This document shows, one piece after another, positions 40,248 to 53,711 of a DNA stretch of 64,000 nt. The stretch is from an uncultured Gammaproteobacteria bacterium (GTDB lineage Bacteria; Pseudomonadota; Gammaproteobacteria; CAISUE01), in the NCBI GenBank assembly GCA_903888615.1, contig CAISUE010000013.1, positions 7,247 to 71,246 on the forward strand, written 5' to 3'. The notes beneath the pieces were generated by a model that did no database searches, had not been told where the DNA came from, and saw only the letters and a list, made by a program, of their open reading frames with translations. Numbering within the stretch: position 1 is the stretch's first letter; the number at the start of each line of letters is the position of its first letter. A program made the position numbers and the translations under genes.

Positions 40248-40908
40248 TCATAGCTTTATCGATCATATAACCAACGCCACGAACGGTGCGAATAAAATTC
40301 AAACCCAATTTTTTACGTAAATTGTGAATATGCACTTCCAGTGTATTGCTATCCACATCTTCATCCCAACCATACAGCGTCTGCATCAATGATTCACGCG
40401 AAATCACTTGGCCGGTACTTTCTAATAATTTGTGTAAGAGGGCAAATTCACGGCGTGGTAGATTTAAAAGATTGCCACCTACCGTTACGGCATGCGAACT
40501 GGGATTTAATTCCAAACTACCATAAACAATCGTCGGAGTAGCACGATCGACAAAACGGCGTTGCAAAGCCCGAATGCGTGCATGTAATTCGGTTAAATCA
40601 AAAGGCTTGATCAAATAATCATCGGCACCGGTATCTAAGCCAGTGATCCGATCCATGACAGTATCACGTGCTGTTAGAAGTAATACAGGCGTTTTAATTC
40701 CGTATTGACGAGCTTCAGCCAAGACTTCCAAACCATTTTTTTTAGGCAACCCAATGTCAAGAATAATAACATCGAATTTTTCCATTTTTAAAGAATGAAT
40801 GGCTGAGGTTCCATCACGCAACCAATCCACCGCATAACCAAAATGTTTCAATGCTGCACAAATACCACTGCCGATTAATTCTTCATCTTCCACTAATAGA
40901 ATCCGCAT
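40237..40908 (-). CDS. OmpR-family response regulator (PmrA/QseB-like)
   Basis: Receiver-domain motifs MRILLVEDE and D51 in ILDIGLP, plus a winged-helix C-terminus; 223 aa. Confidence 0.88.
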   Translation of the reverse strand: MRILLVEDEELIGSGICAALKHFGYAVDWLRDGTSAIHSLKMEKFDVIILDIGLPKKNGLEVLAEARQYGIKTPVLLLTARDTVMDRITGLDTGADDYLIKPFDLTELHARIRALQRRFVDRATPTIVYGSLELNPSSHAVTVGGNLLNLPRREFALLHKLLESTGQVISRESLMQTLYGWDEDVDSNTLEVHIHNLRKKLGLNFIRTVRGVGYMIDKAMSET

Positions 40909-41094
40909 TTAAAACTCCTTGCTTGCGCTTTTTCAAAAAAATAACTGAAAAAAACATCGTCAAAACCCTAGGCTATATCGGCTTAAGATTAGCATAGTTA
41001 TGCCTTAATTGGCCACAGCCAACGTTTTTTATATTTGTAGCAATAGCTATTTTAAGGTATAGTTTTAGCGATACCTATTTTCATACTACTTTCT

Positions 41095-42293
<1,199 letters not shown>

Positions 42294-42416
42294 GTAATGC
42301 TTTAGTATCCGCTCAATATTGGTTACTATTCGTAAGATTTTACAACTTATAAAATCAAGAACTGCCATTTCGACTATGGACCGCTTTTAGACTCTTACCT
42401 TTATAATGAAAATGCT

Positions 42417-42971
42417 ATGTGGAATTTACCTAATTTATTAACTTTATTTCGTATTCTGTTAATTCCTTTTTTCGTATTGACGTTTTACTTACCTTTTTCT
42501 GAACATCATTTAATCACTGCCATTATTTTTGGCGTGGCATGCTTTACTGACTGGCTCGATGGTTATCTTGCGCGTATCTTGCAACAAACATCAAAACTCG
42601 GTGCTTTTTTAGATCCTGTCGCAGATAAACTCATCGTCGTTGTTGCTTTAGTTTTGTTAGTAGGTGAAGAAAGTTTCAAGTACTTAGTTATTCCCGCATT
42701 GATCATTATCGGCCGTGAAATTGTCGTGTCATCGTTACGTGAATGGATGGCTGAACTGGGCAAACGCTCCAGCGTTGCTGTCTCTATGATGGGCAAAGTA
42801 AAAACCACGCTTCAAATGGTTGCGCTAGTGGTGCTCTTAGCTTATCAACCCGGTAGTTCACCGAACTGGTTAATGGCGCTTGGCTATGCTTCTTTATACG
42901 CTGCTGCTGCTTTAACGCTATGGTCGATGCTCATTTATTTACGCGCTGCCTTACCTGATTTTCGCAAATAA
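42417..42971 (+). CDS. pgsA: CDP-diacylglycerol--glycerol-3-phosphate 3-phosphatidyltransferase
   Basis: CDP-alcohol phosphotransferase motif DWLDGYLAR...GAFLDPVADK. Confidence 0.9.
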   Translation: MWNLPNLLTLFRILLIPFFVLTFYLPFSEHHLITAIIFGVACFTDWLDGYLARILQQTSKLGAFLDPVADKLIVVVALVLLVGEESFKYLVIPALIIIGREIVVSSLREWMAELGKRSSVAVSMMGKVKTTLQMVALVVLLAYQPGSSPNWLMALGYASLYAAAALTLWSMLIYLRAALPDFRK

Positions 42972-42984
42972 CGAGATTATTTAT

Positions 42985-43967
<983 letters not shown>

Positions 43968-43995
43968 CTTCTGTCTTCTGTCTTCTGTCTTCTGT
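43968..43995. repeat. tandem heptanucleotide repeat (CTTCTGT) x4
   Basis: cttctgt cttctgt cttctgt cttctgt, directly after the wrbA stop. Confidence 0.8.
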
Positions 43996-44020
43996 CCTCC
44001 GATTATGTTACTCTAGCTGC

Positions 44021-44398
44021 GTAAAGTTAGCTAGGCAGTCGCGCTAAGTGTAAATTTAGCGAGGAAAGTCCGGGCTCCTTGGACACAGTGTCAGGTAATG
44101 CCTGGGCAGCGTGAGCTGACGGCCAGTGCCACAGAAATGATACCGCCATAGCGATTTATCGCGTTTGGTAAGGGTGAAATGGTGCGGTAAGAGCGCACCG
44201 CACTGCTGGTAACAGCAGTGGCAGGGTAAACCCCACTGGGAGCAAGACCAAATAGGAACCCCGGGTACATAATATACCCATGCGTGTCCACGCAGGGTTC
44301 GGGTAGGTTGCTAGAGCACGTTGGCGACAACGTGTCGAGATGAATGGCTGCCACGGGTGGTTTCCACCCGACAGAACCCGGCTTATCGGTTAACTTTA
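44021..44398 (+). ncRNA. rnpB: RNase P RNA (bacterial type A)
   Basis: Universally conserved GGAAAGTCCGGGCTCC and ACAGAACCCGGCTTA elements, GGTAAGGGTGAAA, AGGGTAAAC, and P1 pairing of taaagttagc with gttaacttta. About 378 nt. Confidence 0.9.
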
Positions 44399-44497
44399 CA
44401 TTGAATTCAACATGGCGGGCTTATGTGCATCCCTTAGCCACAACGGCTGCCTTCACGCTACCATCATAACGCGCTATTTCATTCATAAGGATTTCTC

Positions 44498-45487
44498 ATG
44501 AACCATACTGTCACTGTAACTGTCTCGGGTGCCGCCGGTCAAATCGGCTATGCACTGATTTTTCGCATCGCTTCCGGCCAAATGTTTGGCCCCACCACAC
44601 GCGTGAATCTCCGCTTGTTAGAATTAGCGCACGCTTTGCCCAGTTTACTCGGTGTTGCGATGGAATTAGAAGATTGCGCTTTTCCGTTGCTAAATCATGT
44701 CGTTTGTACCGCCGATGTCAATGAAGCGATGCGCGGCGCCAATTGGGTAGTGTTAGTCGGTGCGATGCCGCGTAAAGATGGCATGGAACGCGCTGATTTA
44801 CTCAAAATCAATGGCAGTATTTTTACCGGTCAAGGCCAAGCGATCAATAACCATGCTGCAAGTGATGTACGCATTTTTGTGGTTGGCAATCCCTGCAATA
44901 CCAATTGTTTAATTGCTATGCATAATGCTCCGGATGTACCACACGAGCGTTTTTATGCCATGACTTCACTCGATGCAAATCGCGCTAAAAGCCAACTCGC
45001 CATTAAAGCCGGCGTTCCAGTCACCGCAGTTAAACACGTGACCATTTGGGGTAATCATTCCAACAATCAATTCCCTGATTATTTTCATGCCACGATTAAT
45101 GGTGTACCGGTAACACAAGCCATTGCCGATGAGATGTGGCACCATAAAACCTTCATTCCGATGATTCAAGTGCGTGGCGCAGCTGTAATTAAGGCTCGCG
45201 GTTCGTCTTCCGCCGCATCCGCTGCGAATGCTGCAATCGATGGTGTTTATCAATTAACCCACGACACCCCTGCTGATGATTGGTTTTCCGTGTCGCAATA
45301 TTCGCATGGCGAATACGGGGTCGATGAAGGTTTGATTTTCTCTTACCCAAGCCGTGTGATCAATGGCAAGCTGGAAATCGTGCCAGATTTAACGTTCACC
45401 GAGTTTGCCAAAGAGAAATTTCAAACAGTATTGGCAGAATTACGTTCTGAACGTGATGCGGTGCGGGAATTGGGTTTAATTAAATAA
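44498..45487 (+). CDS. mdh: malate dehydrogenase (LDH-like MDH type 2)
   Basis: [13 protein letters not shown]-binding motif and IWGNHS motif; 329 aa. Confidence 0.9.
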   Translation: MNHTVTVTVSGAAGQIGYALIFRIASGQMFGPTTRVNLRLLELAHALPSLLGVAMELEDCAFPLLNHVVCTADVNEAMRGANWVVLVGAMPRKDGMERADLLKINGSIFTGQGQAINNHAASDVRIFVVGNPCNTNCLIAMHNAPDVPHERFYAMTSLDANRAKSQLAIKAGVPVTAVKHVTIWGNHSNNQFPDYFHATINGVPVTQAIADEMWHHKTFIPMIQVRGAAVIKARGSSSAASAANAAIDGVYQLTHDTPADDWFSVSQYSHGEYGVDEGLIFSYPSRVINGKLEIVPDLTFTEFAKEKFQTVLAELRSERDAVRELGLIK

Positions 45488-45532
45488 AACGCGGTCCTCA
45501 GCACTTAAAATGGTTAGCTGCTGGGGACTTTC

Positions 45533-47704
45533 TTAACCGTGACGAATTTCAAAAGCTTGGTGCATTTGACCATAACGTTTGAAATCTTCTGGCAAGGTCC
45601 GTTCAGTGACATTGATAATCGCAAACTCCGTCAACGCTTCACTCGCTAATTTAAATTTATGCTTATTGGTGACGAATAAACACACCCCCTGTTTGGTCAA
45701 GCGCTGCATCGCCAAATGAATCAATTCGACATGATCGCGTTCAATATCGAGAACATTAGCGGTTTTTTTGGAATTGGAAAAACTCGGTGGGTCTAATAAA
45801 ATCACATCGAATTTATCACGACTGTTCGCTAACCAATAAGCACAATCGGCTTGAATGAATTCATGGTGCTTGAACGATAAACCATTTAATGCCATATTGC
45901 GCTTTGCCCAGGCCAAATACGTATTGGATAAATCGACGCTCATGGTTTTCGTAGCACCCCCTAAAGCAGCATAAACAGTCGCCGTTCCGGTATAACAAAA
46001 TAAATTCAACACCATTTTGCCTTTCGCTTGCGTATACAGCCACTGGCGCACCAAACGGGTATCTAAAAATAACCCCGTATCGAGATAATCACTGAAATTA
46101 ACCAGTAAATTTGCCGGACCTTCGGTAATTTCAAAAAATTGTTTTTGCTGACCCGCTGCTTGGACAACCGATTGATATTGGTCCTTACCTTTTTGAATTT
46201 GCCGGGTTTTAACAAAAATATGGGCTGGGCGAATATTAAAAATTTCTGGTAAACACTTTACTGCTTCTAATAACCGGGTTTTCGCTTTTTGTGGATCGAT
46301 GGTTTTAGGCGCCGCATATTCTTGCACATGCAAATAGTGATCAGCATAAACATCGATTGCCAATGCATATTCCGGTAAATCGGCATCATAAACACGATAA
46401 TGTTCAACGTGCTCGCGTTTGGCCCATTTTTGAAGATGCTTAAGATTTTTAAGTAATTTATTTTTAAACATGTGCGCACTGTCCGATAACACCACAGGGG
46501 TCGGCACATACGCGGTTTTTTCAACACTGTGCCGCTGCACAGCTTGTTGAGCATCTAAACTTCTGACCGAACAATTCAATAAATCACACGCCAACGCGCC
46601 ATTAAAAAATTTATACATTTTATCCGGCGCTAAACGTAAATAGCGTGATAACGCGTTATTGGCACTCAAGACACTCAATTGCCAACCGGCAAATTCACGT
46701 TTGACCATTTCACCCAAATGTTGGTAGGTGAATTGTAAACTGGCAACTTCCCCTAAGCGTTCACCATAAGGCGGATTGACAATCACTAAGCCATGCGCTA
46801 CTTTCGGTGCGCTGCAAAGGGTTAAATCGCGCTTTTCAACGTGAATACACGCCCCTAAACCCGCTCGATCGATATTATCGAGGGCTTGGTGGATCATATG
46901 GCTATCGCCATCAAAACCGATGATTTTCGGGCATTTTGCCATCCCAAGGGTCCGTGCTTGTTCAGCTTCTCGCACCACGCTTTGCCATAAAGGCGCATCA
47001 AAGGCTTGCAAATTTTTTACCGCAAAATGTTCCCGCAAAAGTCCTGGCGCGATATTCGCCGCCATTAATGCCCCTTCAATTAAAAATGTTCCTGAACCGC
47101 ACATCGGATCCACTAAAGGGCCGTTATTTTTAGCAATACTCGGCCAATTGGCGCGCAATAAAATGGCCGCAGCCAAATTTTCTTTTAAGGGAGCTGCGCC
47201 ATGACCTAAACGGTAACCCCGCCGATGCAAACTTTCACCACTTAAATTGAGGCTCACCGTGACCGTTTTTTCTTTAATTAAAATATGTAAAGCAATATTA
47301 GGGCCACTGGCATCGACATCGGGCCGTTTGCCCAGTTTTTCACGAAAACAATCCACCACAGCATCTTTAGCCACTTGGGCAGCATATTGCTTGTGATTTA
47401 ATTCACTGCGAATACTATCGACACTGATGGCAAACGTCATGTCGAGATTAAAAATACTCGGCCAATCCATAGCGTGAATCCCATCATAGTAACTAACCCA
47501 ATCAACACTGTCGAATTCACTGATCGGTTGTAAAATATGATTCGCTAAGCGTGACCACAATAACGCTTTATAAACAATTGCCAACTCTCCTTCAAAGCTC
47601 ACCCCAGCGCGTTTTTCATGGACATTTTGAGCACCCAAACTGAGTAATTCTTCTTTCAAAAGTAATTCGACGTGTTTGGGACAAGAAGCAAAAAAGGGAC
47701 GCAT
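45533..47704 (-). CDS. rlmL: 23S rRNA m2G2445/m7G2069 methyltransferase RlmKL (RlmL-RlmK fusion)
   Basis: N-terminal THUMP domain with a first MTase module (DPMCGSGT), and a second C-terminal MTase module (NLFCYTGT, DPPSF). Start taken at MRPFFAS. Confidence 0.85.
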   Translation of the reverse strand: MRPFFASCPKHVELLLKEELLSLGAQNVHEKRAGVSFEGELAIVYKALLWSRLANHILQPISEFDSVDWVSYYDGIHAMDWPSIFNLDMTFAISVDSIRSELNHKQYAAQVAKDAVVDCFREKLGKRPDVDASGPNIALHILIKEKTVTVSLNLSGESLHRRGYRLGHGAAPLKENLAAAILLRANWPSIAKNNGPLVDPMCGSGTFLIEGALMAANIAPGLLREHFAVKNLQAFDAPLWQSVVREAEQARTLGMAKCPKIIGFDGDSHMIHQALDNIDRAGLGACIHVEKRDLTLCSAPKVAHGLVIVNPPYGERLGEVASLQFTYQHLGEMVKREFAGWQLSVLSANNALSRYLRLAPDKMYKFFNGALACDLLNCSVRSLDAQQAVQRHSVEKTAYVPTPVVLSDSAHMFKNKLLKNLKHLQKWAKREHVEHYRVYDADLPEYALAIDVYADHYLHVQEYAAPKTIDPQKAKTRLLEAVKCLPEIFNIRPAHIFVKTRQIQKGKDQYQSVVQAAGQQKQFFEITEGPANLLVNFSDYLDTGLFLDTRLVRQWLYTQAKGKMVLNLFCYTGTATVYAALGGATKTMSVDLSNTYLAWAKRNMALNGLSFKHHEFIQADCAYWLANSRDKFDVILLDPPSFSNSKKTANVLDIERDHVELIHLAMQRLTKQGVCLFVTNKHKFKLASEALTEFAIINVTERTLPEDFKRYGQMHQAFEIRHG

Positions 47705-47783
47705 GAAAATGTACTCGCTTAAAAGGTCAAACTCTACCATAATTAACGCTTGAACATCGCTTCATTATGGTGGAAACAGGACA

Positions 47784-48899
47784 ATGGTGACTCAAGCAAC
47801 AACGAACTCGGTCGTAAATGCTTTACGACTAGATACCCAGGGCTTGCACTGTCGTGGTGAATGGACAGTGAATACCTTAAACGCCATGCAGCGTTTGCGT
47901 AAAACCTTAGTTTTATCAGGGCCCATTAACACCATCGATGGCACTGAAATCAGCCAATTGGACAGTGCCGGTGCATGGTTATTAAACCAATTAACCCAGC
48001 AATTCCCCCAAGCTACGTTAATTTTATCGCTTCAACACCAAGCTTTGTTTGATTTAGTCAAACGTCATCAAGAAGTTAAAGTCCCGCTTAAAAAACCCGT
48101 TAAATGGCCTTTACTGGCACGTTTTGGTTTGAAAGTGTGGCAATTTTTTAGTGAAATGCACGCTTATATCGCCTTTATCGGTGAATTATGCCATTTCAGT
48201 GTGTTATGGATTCTTAAACCGCAGCGTATTTTGTGGCAAGTGATTTGGCAAACCGTGCAACGCACCGGTTTTGATGCTTTGATGATCGTGGGTTTATTAT
48301 CGTTTTTAATTGGTATTGTGCTCGCTTATCAAATGGGAGGACAATTACAAAGCTATGGCGCTAGTATTTATATCGTCAATCTTTTGGGTGTTTCCGTATT
48401 GCGTGAATTTGGCCCGCTTATTACCGCCATTATTGTCGCTGGTCGCTCGGGCTCTGCCTTTGCTGCCTCTCTGGGCACTATGCACGTCAATCAAGAAATT
48501 GATGCTTTGCAAACCTTAGGCGTCTCCCCCATTGAACGACTCGCGATGGGTAAAATCCTCGGTTTAATTATCGTCTTACCTTTACTGGTTATGTGGGCCG
48601 ATTGTACCGCCATGCTCGGCGGTTTGATCATGGCCAAATGCCAATTACAGATTAATCCTTCTGTTTATATTCAACAATTTCATGCCAGCATCGGTTTAAA
48701 GCAATATTATTTGGGCTTGATCAAAACCCCCACATTTGCTTTTATCATCGCCAGTATCGGTTGTTTTCAAGGTTTTCGGGTTAAAGGCGGCGCCGATTCC
48801 GTCGGCACCCAAACCACCCGCAGCGTAGTGCAAGCTATTTTTTTAATCATCATGGCCGATGCGTTATTTTCTATTGTTATGAGTGCTATCCATGTCTAA
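47784..48899 (+). CDS. MlaE-family ABC permease with fused N-terminal STAS (MlaB-like) domain
   Basis: The C-terminal ~260 aa are MlaE/YrbE-like with 5-6 transmembrane segments. The N-terminal ~110 aa have a STAS-like pattern (TIDGTEISQLDSAGAWLL). Confidence 0.75.
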   Translation: MVTQATTNSVVNALRLDTQGLHCRGEWTVNTLNAMQRLRKTLVLSGPINTIDGTEISQLDSAGAWLLNQLTQQFPQATLILSLQHQALFDLVKRHQEVKVPLKKPVKWPLLARFGLKVWQFFSEMHAYIAFIGELCHFSVLWILKPQRILWQVIWQTVQRTGFDALMIVGLLSFLIGIVLAYQMGGQLQSYGASIYIVNLLGVSVLREFGPLITAIIVAGRSGSAFAASLGTMHVNQEIDALQTLGVSPIERLAMGKILGLIIVLPLLVMWADCTAMLGGLIMAKCQLQINPSVYIQQFHASIGLKQYYLGLIKTPTFAFIIASIGCFQGFRVKGGADSVGTQTTRSVVQAIFLIIMADALFSIVMSAIHV

Positions 48900-49662
48900 T
48901 ACCGACACTATCATCGATATCAAGCACCTGCACACGGGTTTTGATGGCACCTTGATTCATCAAGATTTAAATTTAACTGTAACGCGTGGCGAAATTGTAG
49001 CGATTGTCGGTGGCAGTGGTTCCGGTAAAACCACCCTGCTTAATTGCTTGCTCATGTTGATTGAACCCTTAAAAGGTAAGATTGATATGTTTGGGAAAAA
49101 TATCACCCAAGGTTCAGCTCAACTGCGCCAAAGCATTCGCAAACGCTGGGGGATTTTATTTCAAAGTGGTGCACTATTTAGTGAATTAACCGTTTTACAA
49201 AACACTATGTTGCCGCTGCAATTAGAAACGCGCATGTCGCTTACCGATTGCACCCACATCGCCCAATTAAAAATCGCTATGGCCGGGTTACCAGCAAGTG
49301 CAGCGAATAAATATCCGGCTGAATTGTCCGGTGGCATGATCAAACGCGCTGCCTTAGCGCGTGCTATTGCATTAGATCCACAATTATTATTATTGGATGA
49401 ACCCAGTGCAGGCTTAGACCCAATCAGTGCCAGCGCACTGGATCAATTGATTTTAGAATTACGCCAAACCATGAATTTGACGATTATTATCGTCACCCAT
49501 GATTTAGATACCCTTTTAACGGTTCCAGATCGGATTGCTTTTTTGGGTGATAAACGCGTTTTACAAATAGGCACACTCAAAGAATTAATTCATTCTGATA
49601 TTCCGATGATCCAAGACTATTTCAATAATGCTCGCGCTAACCGTACCTTCAAGGATATGTAA
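48883..49662 (+). CDS. ABC transporter ATP-binding protein (MlaF-like)
   Basis: Walker A GGSGSGKTT, signature LSGGMIKRAALARA, Walker B LLLLDEP. Confidence 0.88.
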   Translation: MLSMSNTDTIIDIKHLHTGFDGTLIHQDLNLTVTRGEIVAIVGGSGSGKTTLLNCLLMLIEPLKGKIDMFGKNITQGSAQLRQSIRKRWGILFQSGALFSELTVLQNTMLPLQLETRMSLTDCTHIAQLKIAMAGLPASAANKYPAELSGGMIKRAALARAIALDPQLLLLDEPSAGLDPISASALDQLILELRQTMNLTIIIVTHDLDTLLTVPDRIAFLGDKRVLQIGTLKELIHSDIPMIQDYFNNARANRTFKDM

Positions 49663-52488
49663 ATGCATCGTATTAAAATCCAAGGGGCTCGCACCCATAA
49701 TTTAAAAAATATCGATTTAACGTTACCGCGCGATCAATTAATCGTTATCACCGGTTTATCCGGTTCAGGAAAATCTTCCCTAGCGTTTGATACGCTCTAT
49801 GCTGAAGGCCAACGCCGTTATGTCGAATCTTTATCGGCTTATGCTCGGCAATTTTTATCAGTCATGGAAAAACCCGATGTCGATCATATTGAAGGCCTTT
49901 CACCAGCCATTTCCATTCAACAAAAATCCACTTCACACAATCCCCGTTCCACCGTTGGCACTATCACGGAAATTTACGATTATTTGCGACTACTTTATGC
50001 CAGGGTCGGCACACCGCAATGCCCTACGCATGGCACACCATTAGTAGCACAAACCATCAGCCAAATGGTCGATAGTGTTTTAGCCTTACCCCTTGGCACC
50101 AAAGTGATGATTTTAGCCAGTGTGATCAATGAGCGTAAAGGCGAACAGCGCGAATTATTTGCCCAATTAAAAGCCCAAGGCTTTGTTCGCGCTCGCATTG
50201 ATGGTCATCTTGTTGATTTAGAAGCAATGCCTCTCTTAGATGCCAAGAAAAAACACACCATTGACGTGGTAGTCGATCGTTTAAGCGTAAAACTTGAGGC
50301 TAAATTACGCTTGAGCGAATCTTTTGAAATTGCCTTGCGCTTAGGCTCAGACATTGCCAAAGTCAGTTTAATGGATGATCCTGTTACCCCTGACGTGATT
50401 TTTTCACAAAAATTTGCCTGTCACTTATGCAATTACAGTTTAGCCGAATTAGAACCACGGTTATTTTCCTTTAACAATCCCGCCGGCGCCTGTAGTGGCT
50501 GCGATGGCTTAGGTAGCAAACACTATTTTGATCCCGCTAAAGTGATTGCTAAACCCGATTGCAGCCTCGCTGATGGTGCTATTCGCGGTTGGGATCAAGC
50601 ATGCCCTTATTATTTTGGTTTACTTAGCCAAGTAGCGGCGCATTATGGCGTTGATATCAATAAGCCATTTGAAAAATTACCTGAAAAGATAAAAAAAATC
50701 TTACTCTATGGCAGTGGCACTGAATTAATCGATTTTGAATTTCTGGGCGAACGACGTCAACGTATTATGCGGCAACAAGCGTTCGAAGGTATCATGACTA
50801 ATTTGCAACGCCGCTACCTTGGCACTGAATCCACCTTGATGCGTGATGAATTTAAACGCTTGATGACGGAACAAGTGTGTCCTGAGTGCCACGGCGGACG
50901 CTTAAATACCGCCGCATCCCATGTCTTTATAGAGGGCAAAAATTTAAGTGCCCTTACCCATATCTCGATTCAAACGACTCATGATTGGTTAGCGAAAGTC
51001 AAACTCAAAGGTCATTTAGCACCCATTGCTGCTAAAATTAACAAAGAAATTTTAGCGCGCTTACAATTTCTCATCAATGTTGGCTTAGCGTATTTAAGTT
51101 TAGATCGCAGTGCCGATACACTCTCTGGCGGTGAAGCACAACGCATTCGACTGGCATCGCAAATCGGCGCTGGCTTAATGGGGGTATTGTATATACTCGA
51201 TGAACCCTCCATTGGCTTGCATCAACGCGATAATGAAAAGCTCTTAAAAACCTTACTGCATTTAAAAAACTTAGGGAATACAGTGATTGTCGTTGAACAC
51301 GACAGCGATACGATTAGCCATGCCGATTATGTCGTGGATATGGGTCCTGGCGCTGGTATTCATGGTGGTCATGTGGTCGTCGCAGGCACCCCTGAGCAAG
51401 TAAAAGCGTGTCCAAAATCCATTACCGGACAATATTTAAGTGGGGTCAAAGGCATTTCCATTCCTAAACAACGCATTCCTTTTGATCCTAAGCAAGTTTT
51501 GAGCATTATCAACGCCAGTGGTAATAATTTACAGCATATTAGCGTTGAAATCCCCTTAGGTTTAATGACTTGCATCACCGGCGTTTCTGGCTCTGGCAAA
51601 TCAACACTGATTAACGATACCTTGTATCCAATCGTTGCCAATGTCTTAAATGGTGCATGTGAAAGAACCGCTGCTCCTTATCAAGCTATTTTGGGTCTTG
51701 AATTGCTCGATAAAGTCATCGACATCGATCAAAGCCCGATCGGTCGCACCCCGCGCTCTAATCCTGCCACCTATACGGGTATTTTCACCCCCATTCGGGA
51801 ATTATTTGCTCAAACACCCGAAGCGAGATCTCGCGGTTATACGCCGGGACGTTTTAGTTTTAATGTCAAAGGCGGGCGCTGTGAAGCGTGTGAAGGCGAT
51901 GGTTTAATTAAAGTTGAAATGCATTTTTTAGCTGACATGTATGTCACGTGCGATCAATGTCATGGCAAACGCTATAACCGTGAAACCTTAGAAGTTCACT
52001 ATAAAGGTAAAAATATTCACGATGTGTTATTAATGACCATTGAAGAAGCCTTAGTGTTTTTTCAAGCGATACCGGTTATTGCCCGTAAATGCCAAACCTT
52101 AGTCGATGTCGGGCTCACGTATATCGCGTTAGGTCAAAGCGCTACCACCCTTTCAGGGGGTGAAGCGCAAAGGATCAAACTCGCCAAAGAATTATCTAAA
52201 CGCGATACCGGTAAAACCTTGTATTTACTCGATGAACCAACCACCGGTTTACATTTTGCCGATATCGCGCAATTACTCCTTGTCTTACAGCGCTTACGCG
52301 ACCTTGGCAATACCTTAGTGATCATCGAACACAATCTTGATGTCATCAAAACCGCGGATTGGGTGATTGATTTAGGGCCCGAAGGCGGCTCAGGTGGTGG
52401 CCAAATCCTCTGCGTTGGAACGCCAGAACAAGTGGTGAAATGTAAAAAAAGCCATACCGCAAGATTTTTAAAGCCGTTATTGAAATAA
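49663..52488 (+). CDS. uvrA: excinuclease ABC subunit A
   Basis: 941 aa with two ABC modules ([24 protein letters not shown]) and zinc-finger cysteines. Confidence 0.95.
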   Translation: MHRIKIQGARTHNLKNIDLTLPRDQLIVITGLSGSGKSSLAFDTLYAEGQRRYVESLSAYARQFLSVMEKPDVDHIEGLSPAISIQQKSTSHNPRSTVGTITEIYDYLRLLYARVGTPQCPTHGTPLVAQTISQMVDSVLALPLGTKVMILASVINERKGEQRELFAQLKAQGFVRARIDGHLVDLEAMPLLDAKKKHTIDVVVDRLSVKLEAKLRLSESFEIALRLGSDIAKVSLMDDPVTPDVIFSQKFACHLCNYSLAELEPRLFSFNNPAGACSGCDGLGSKHYFDPAKVIAKPDCSLADGAIRGWDQACPYYFGLLSQVAAHYGVDINKPFEKLPEKIKKILLYGSGTELIDFEFLGERRQRIMRQQAFEGIMTNLQRRYLGTESTLMRDEFKRLMTEQVCPECHGGRLNTAASHVFIEGKNLSALTHISIQTTHDWLAKVKLKGHLAPIAAKINKEILARLQFLINVGLAYLSLDRSADTLSGGEAQRIRLASQIGAGLMGVLYILDEPSIGLHQRDNEKLLKTLLHLKNLGNTVIVVEHDSDTISHADYVVDMGPGAGIHGGHVVVAGTPEQVKACPKSITGQYLSGVKGISIPKQRIPFDPKQVLSIINASGNNLQHISVEIPLGLMTCITGVSGSGKSTLINDTLYPIVANVLNGACERTAAPYQAILGLELLDKVIDIDQSPIGRTPRSNPATYTGIFTPIRELFAQTPEARSRGYTPGRFSFNVKGGRCEACEGDGLIKVEMHFLADMYVTCDQCHGKRYNRETLEVHYKGKNIHDVLLMTIEEALVFFQAIPVIARKCQTLVDVGLTYIALGQSATTLSGGEAQRIKLAKELSKRDTGKTLYLLDEPTTGLHFADIAQLLLVLQRLRDLGNTLVIIEHNLDVIKTADWVIDLGPEGGSGGGQILCVGTPEQVVKCKKSHTARFLKPLLK

Positions 52489-52507
52489 TGGACTTTAAAC
52501 TAGGGCC

Positions 52508-52761
52508 ACCTCATTAAAAAATAAATAACCTGCAAGGCCATGAAGCTATTAGCCCAGAGCATTCGCCCTGGGTGATTTATACAAAACCATCGCGCGCTTG
52601 GGCACACAAGAAAATCCATCCCAACGATTTGAAAACGCTGTTTCAGATGATTTTCTTAACGGTTTCTATCGCGCTTACAGCGCTCGTTGATGTTCATACT
52701 GCCCCCAGGGTTCTGCTATCGCTCAACCCTGGGCTAAATTCTACAAGGCTTTCAGCCTTAG
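52508..52761 (-). repeat. palindromic MITE/REP-like interspersed repeat, copy 3 (longest; about 63-bp internal segment absent from copy 1)
   Basis: Both ends align to copy 2 and to the reverse complement of copy 1 (cctcattaaaaaataa...ggccatgaag...cccagggttctgctatcgctcaaccctgggctaaatt...cagccttag). Confidence 0.8.
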
Positions 52762-52935
52762 TAACGGTAGGAATGTCTCAATCTTATGCTTTATAGCTTC
52801 TTAAATTGGTTCAGTACTAACGATCGTCGGTTTACGCAAATACCCGCACTAACTTTTTTTAAAATTTCAGCAAAGTTTAAGCTTGTCAGCTCTATGATGA
52901 CGTTAACGCATCATCAATCTTAGAAAGGTAAGCTT

Positions 52936-53697
52936 ATGCCAACACCCACTAGTAAAGAAAGAGACATACAACATTTGTTAGATATCCAAGATGCTATCAA
53001 AAATGCATCAGGAAAAAACATGGATGTTCAAAAATTTATAGCACAAAAACTCCCTTTATTATCAGATAAGACGCGAAATTATGTCCAAAGAAATTATTTT
53101 AATAATAAAGACTCTATTATCAAATTTAGTCAATTACATCCCATAAATCTCATTGAGACAGTAAATAAATTTCATCCCCTCACTCAAGAACCACCAAAAA
53201 ACGCTACTGCAAATAAACTTAGCCAGGCGGCTGAAGTAAGCACTGCACGTACATTTCTTTCATCCATGCATAATGCAACTAAAGGATTTTTCAGCCATAA
53301 ACTCACCGCGGTTCCTGCCATTGCCGCTACTCCGACAACTGACCCTAACCAAGATTACGGTACTCTCAGAGGCTTACAAGAAAAACTTAGGGAACAAATA
53401 GGAAAGGGCATTGCTTTAAATTTCAAAAAGGCGGATATGGAATTATTTAACACTTTATCTCCCAAAACCCAACAAGTATTTCGAACAGAATTTCTTAATA
53501 CTAACGGTAGTTTCAAACCAGGAAAAGCTGAAGCATTTTTGGATACAGGGACAAATAAGGACCAATTAAAAATCATGGCTGGGTTAGATTTAAACAATCC
53601 TTCATCCAGATCAACCACACCTAGTACCGATTCCGAACGCACTTTATCTGTCGATAATAATGAAGCAGCTGGTATTCGAATGACCAAATCTAGATAG
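52936..53697 (+). CDS. hypothetical hydrophilic protein (253 aa), AT-rich, lineage-specific; candidate effector
   Basis: No signal peptide or transmembrane segment. Low-complexity Ser/Thr-rich C-terminal tail. Bounded by repeat copy 3 and a strong terminator. Confidence 0.6.
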   Translation: MPTPTSKERDIQHLLDIQDAIKNASGKNMDVQKFIAQKLPLLSDKTRNYVQRNYFNNKDSIIKFSQLHPINLIETVNKFHPLTQEPPKNATANKLSQAAEVSTARTFLSSMHNATKGFFSHKLTAVPAIAATPTTDPNQDYGTLRGLQEKLREQIGKGIALNFKKADMELFNTLSPKTQQVFRTEFLNTNGSFKPGKAEAFLDTGTNKDQLKIMAGLDLNNPSSRSTTPSTDSERTLSVDNNEAAGIRMTKSR

Positions 53698-53711
53698 CTT
53701 AAAATTAATCA

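Noticed and set aside
43968-43995. Possible CRISPR array
   Set aside because: There are only four directly abutting 7-nt units with no spacers. There is no CRISPR anywhere in the window.
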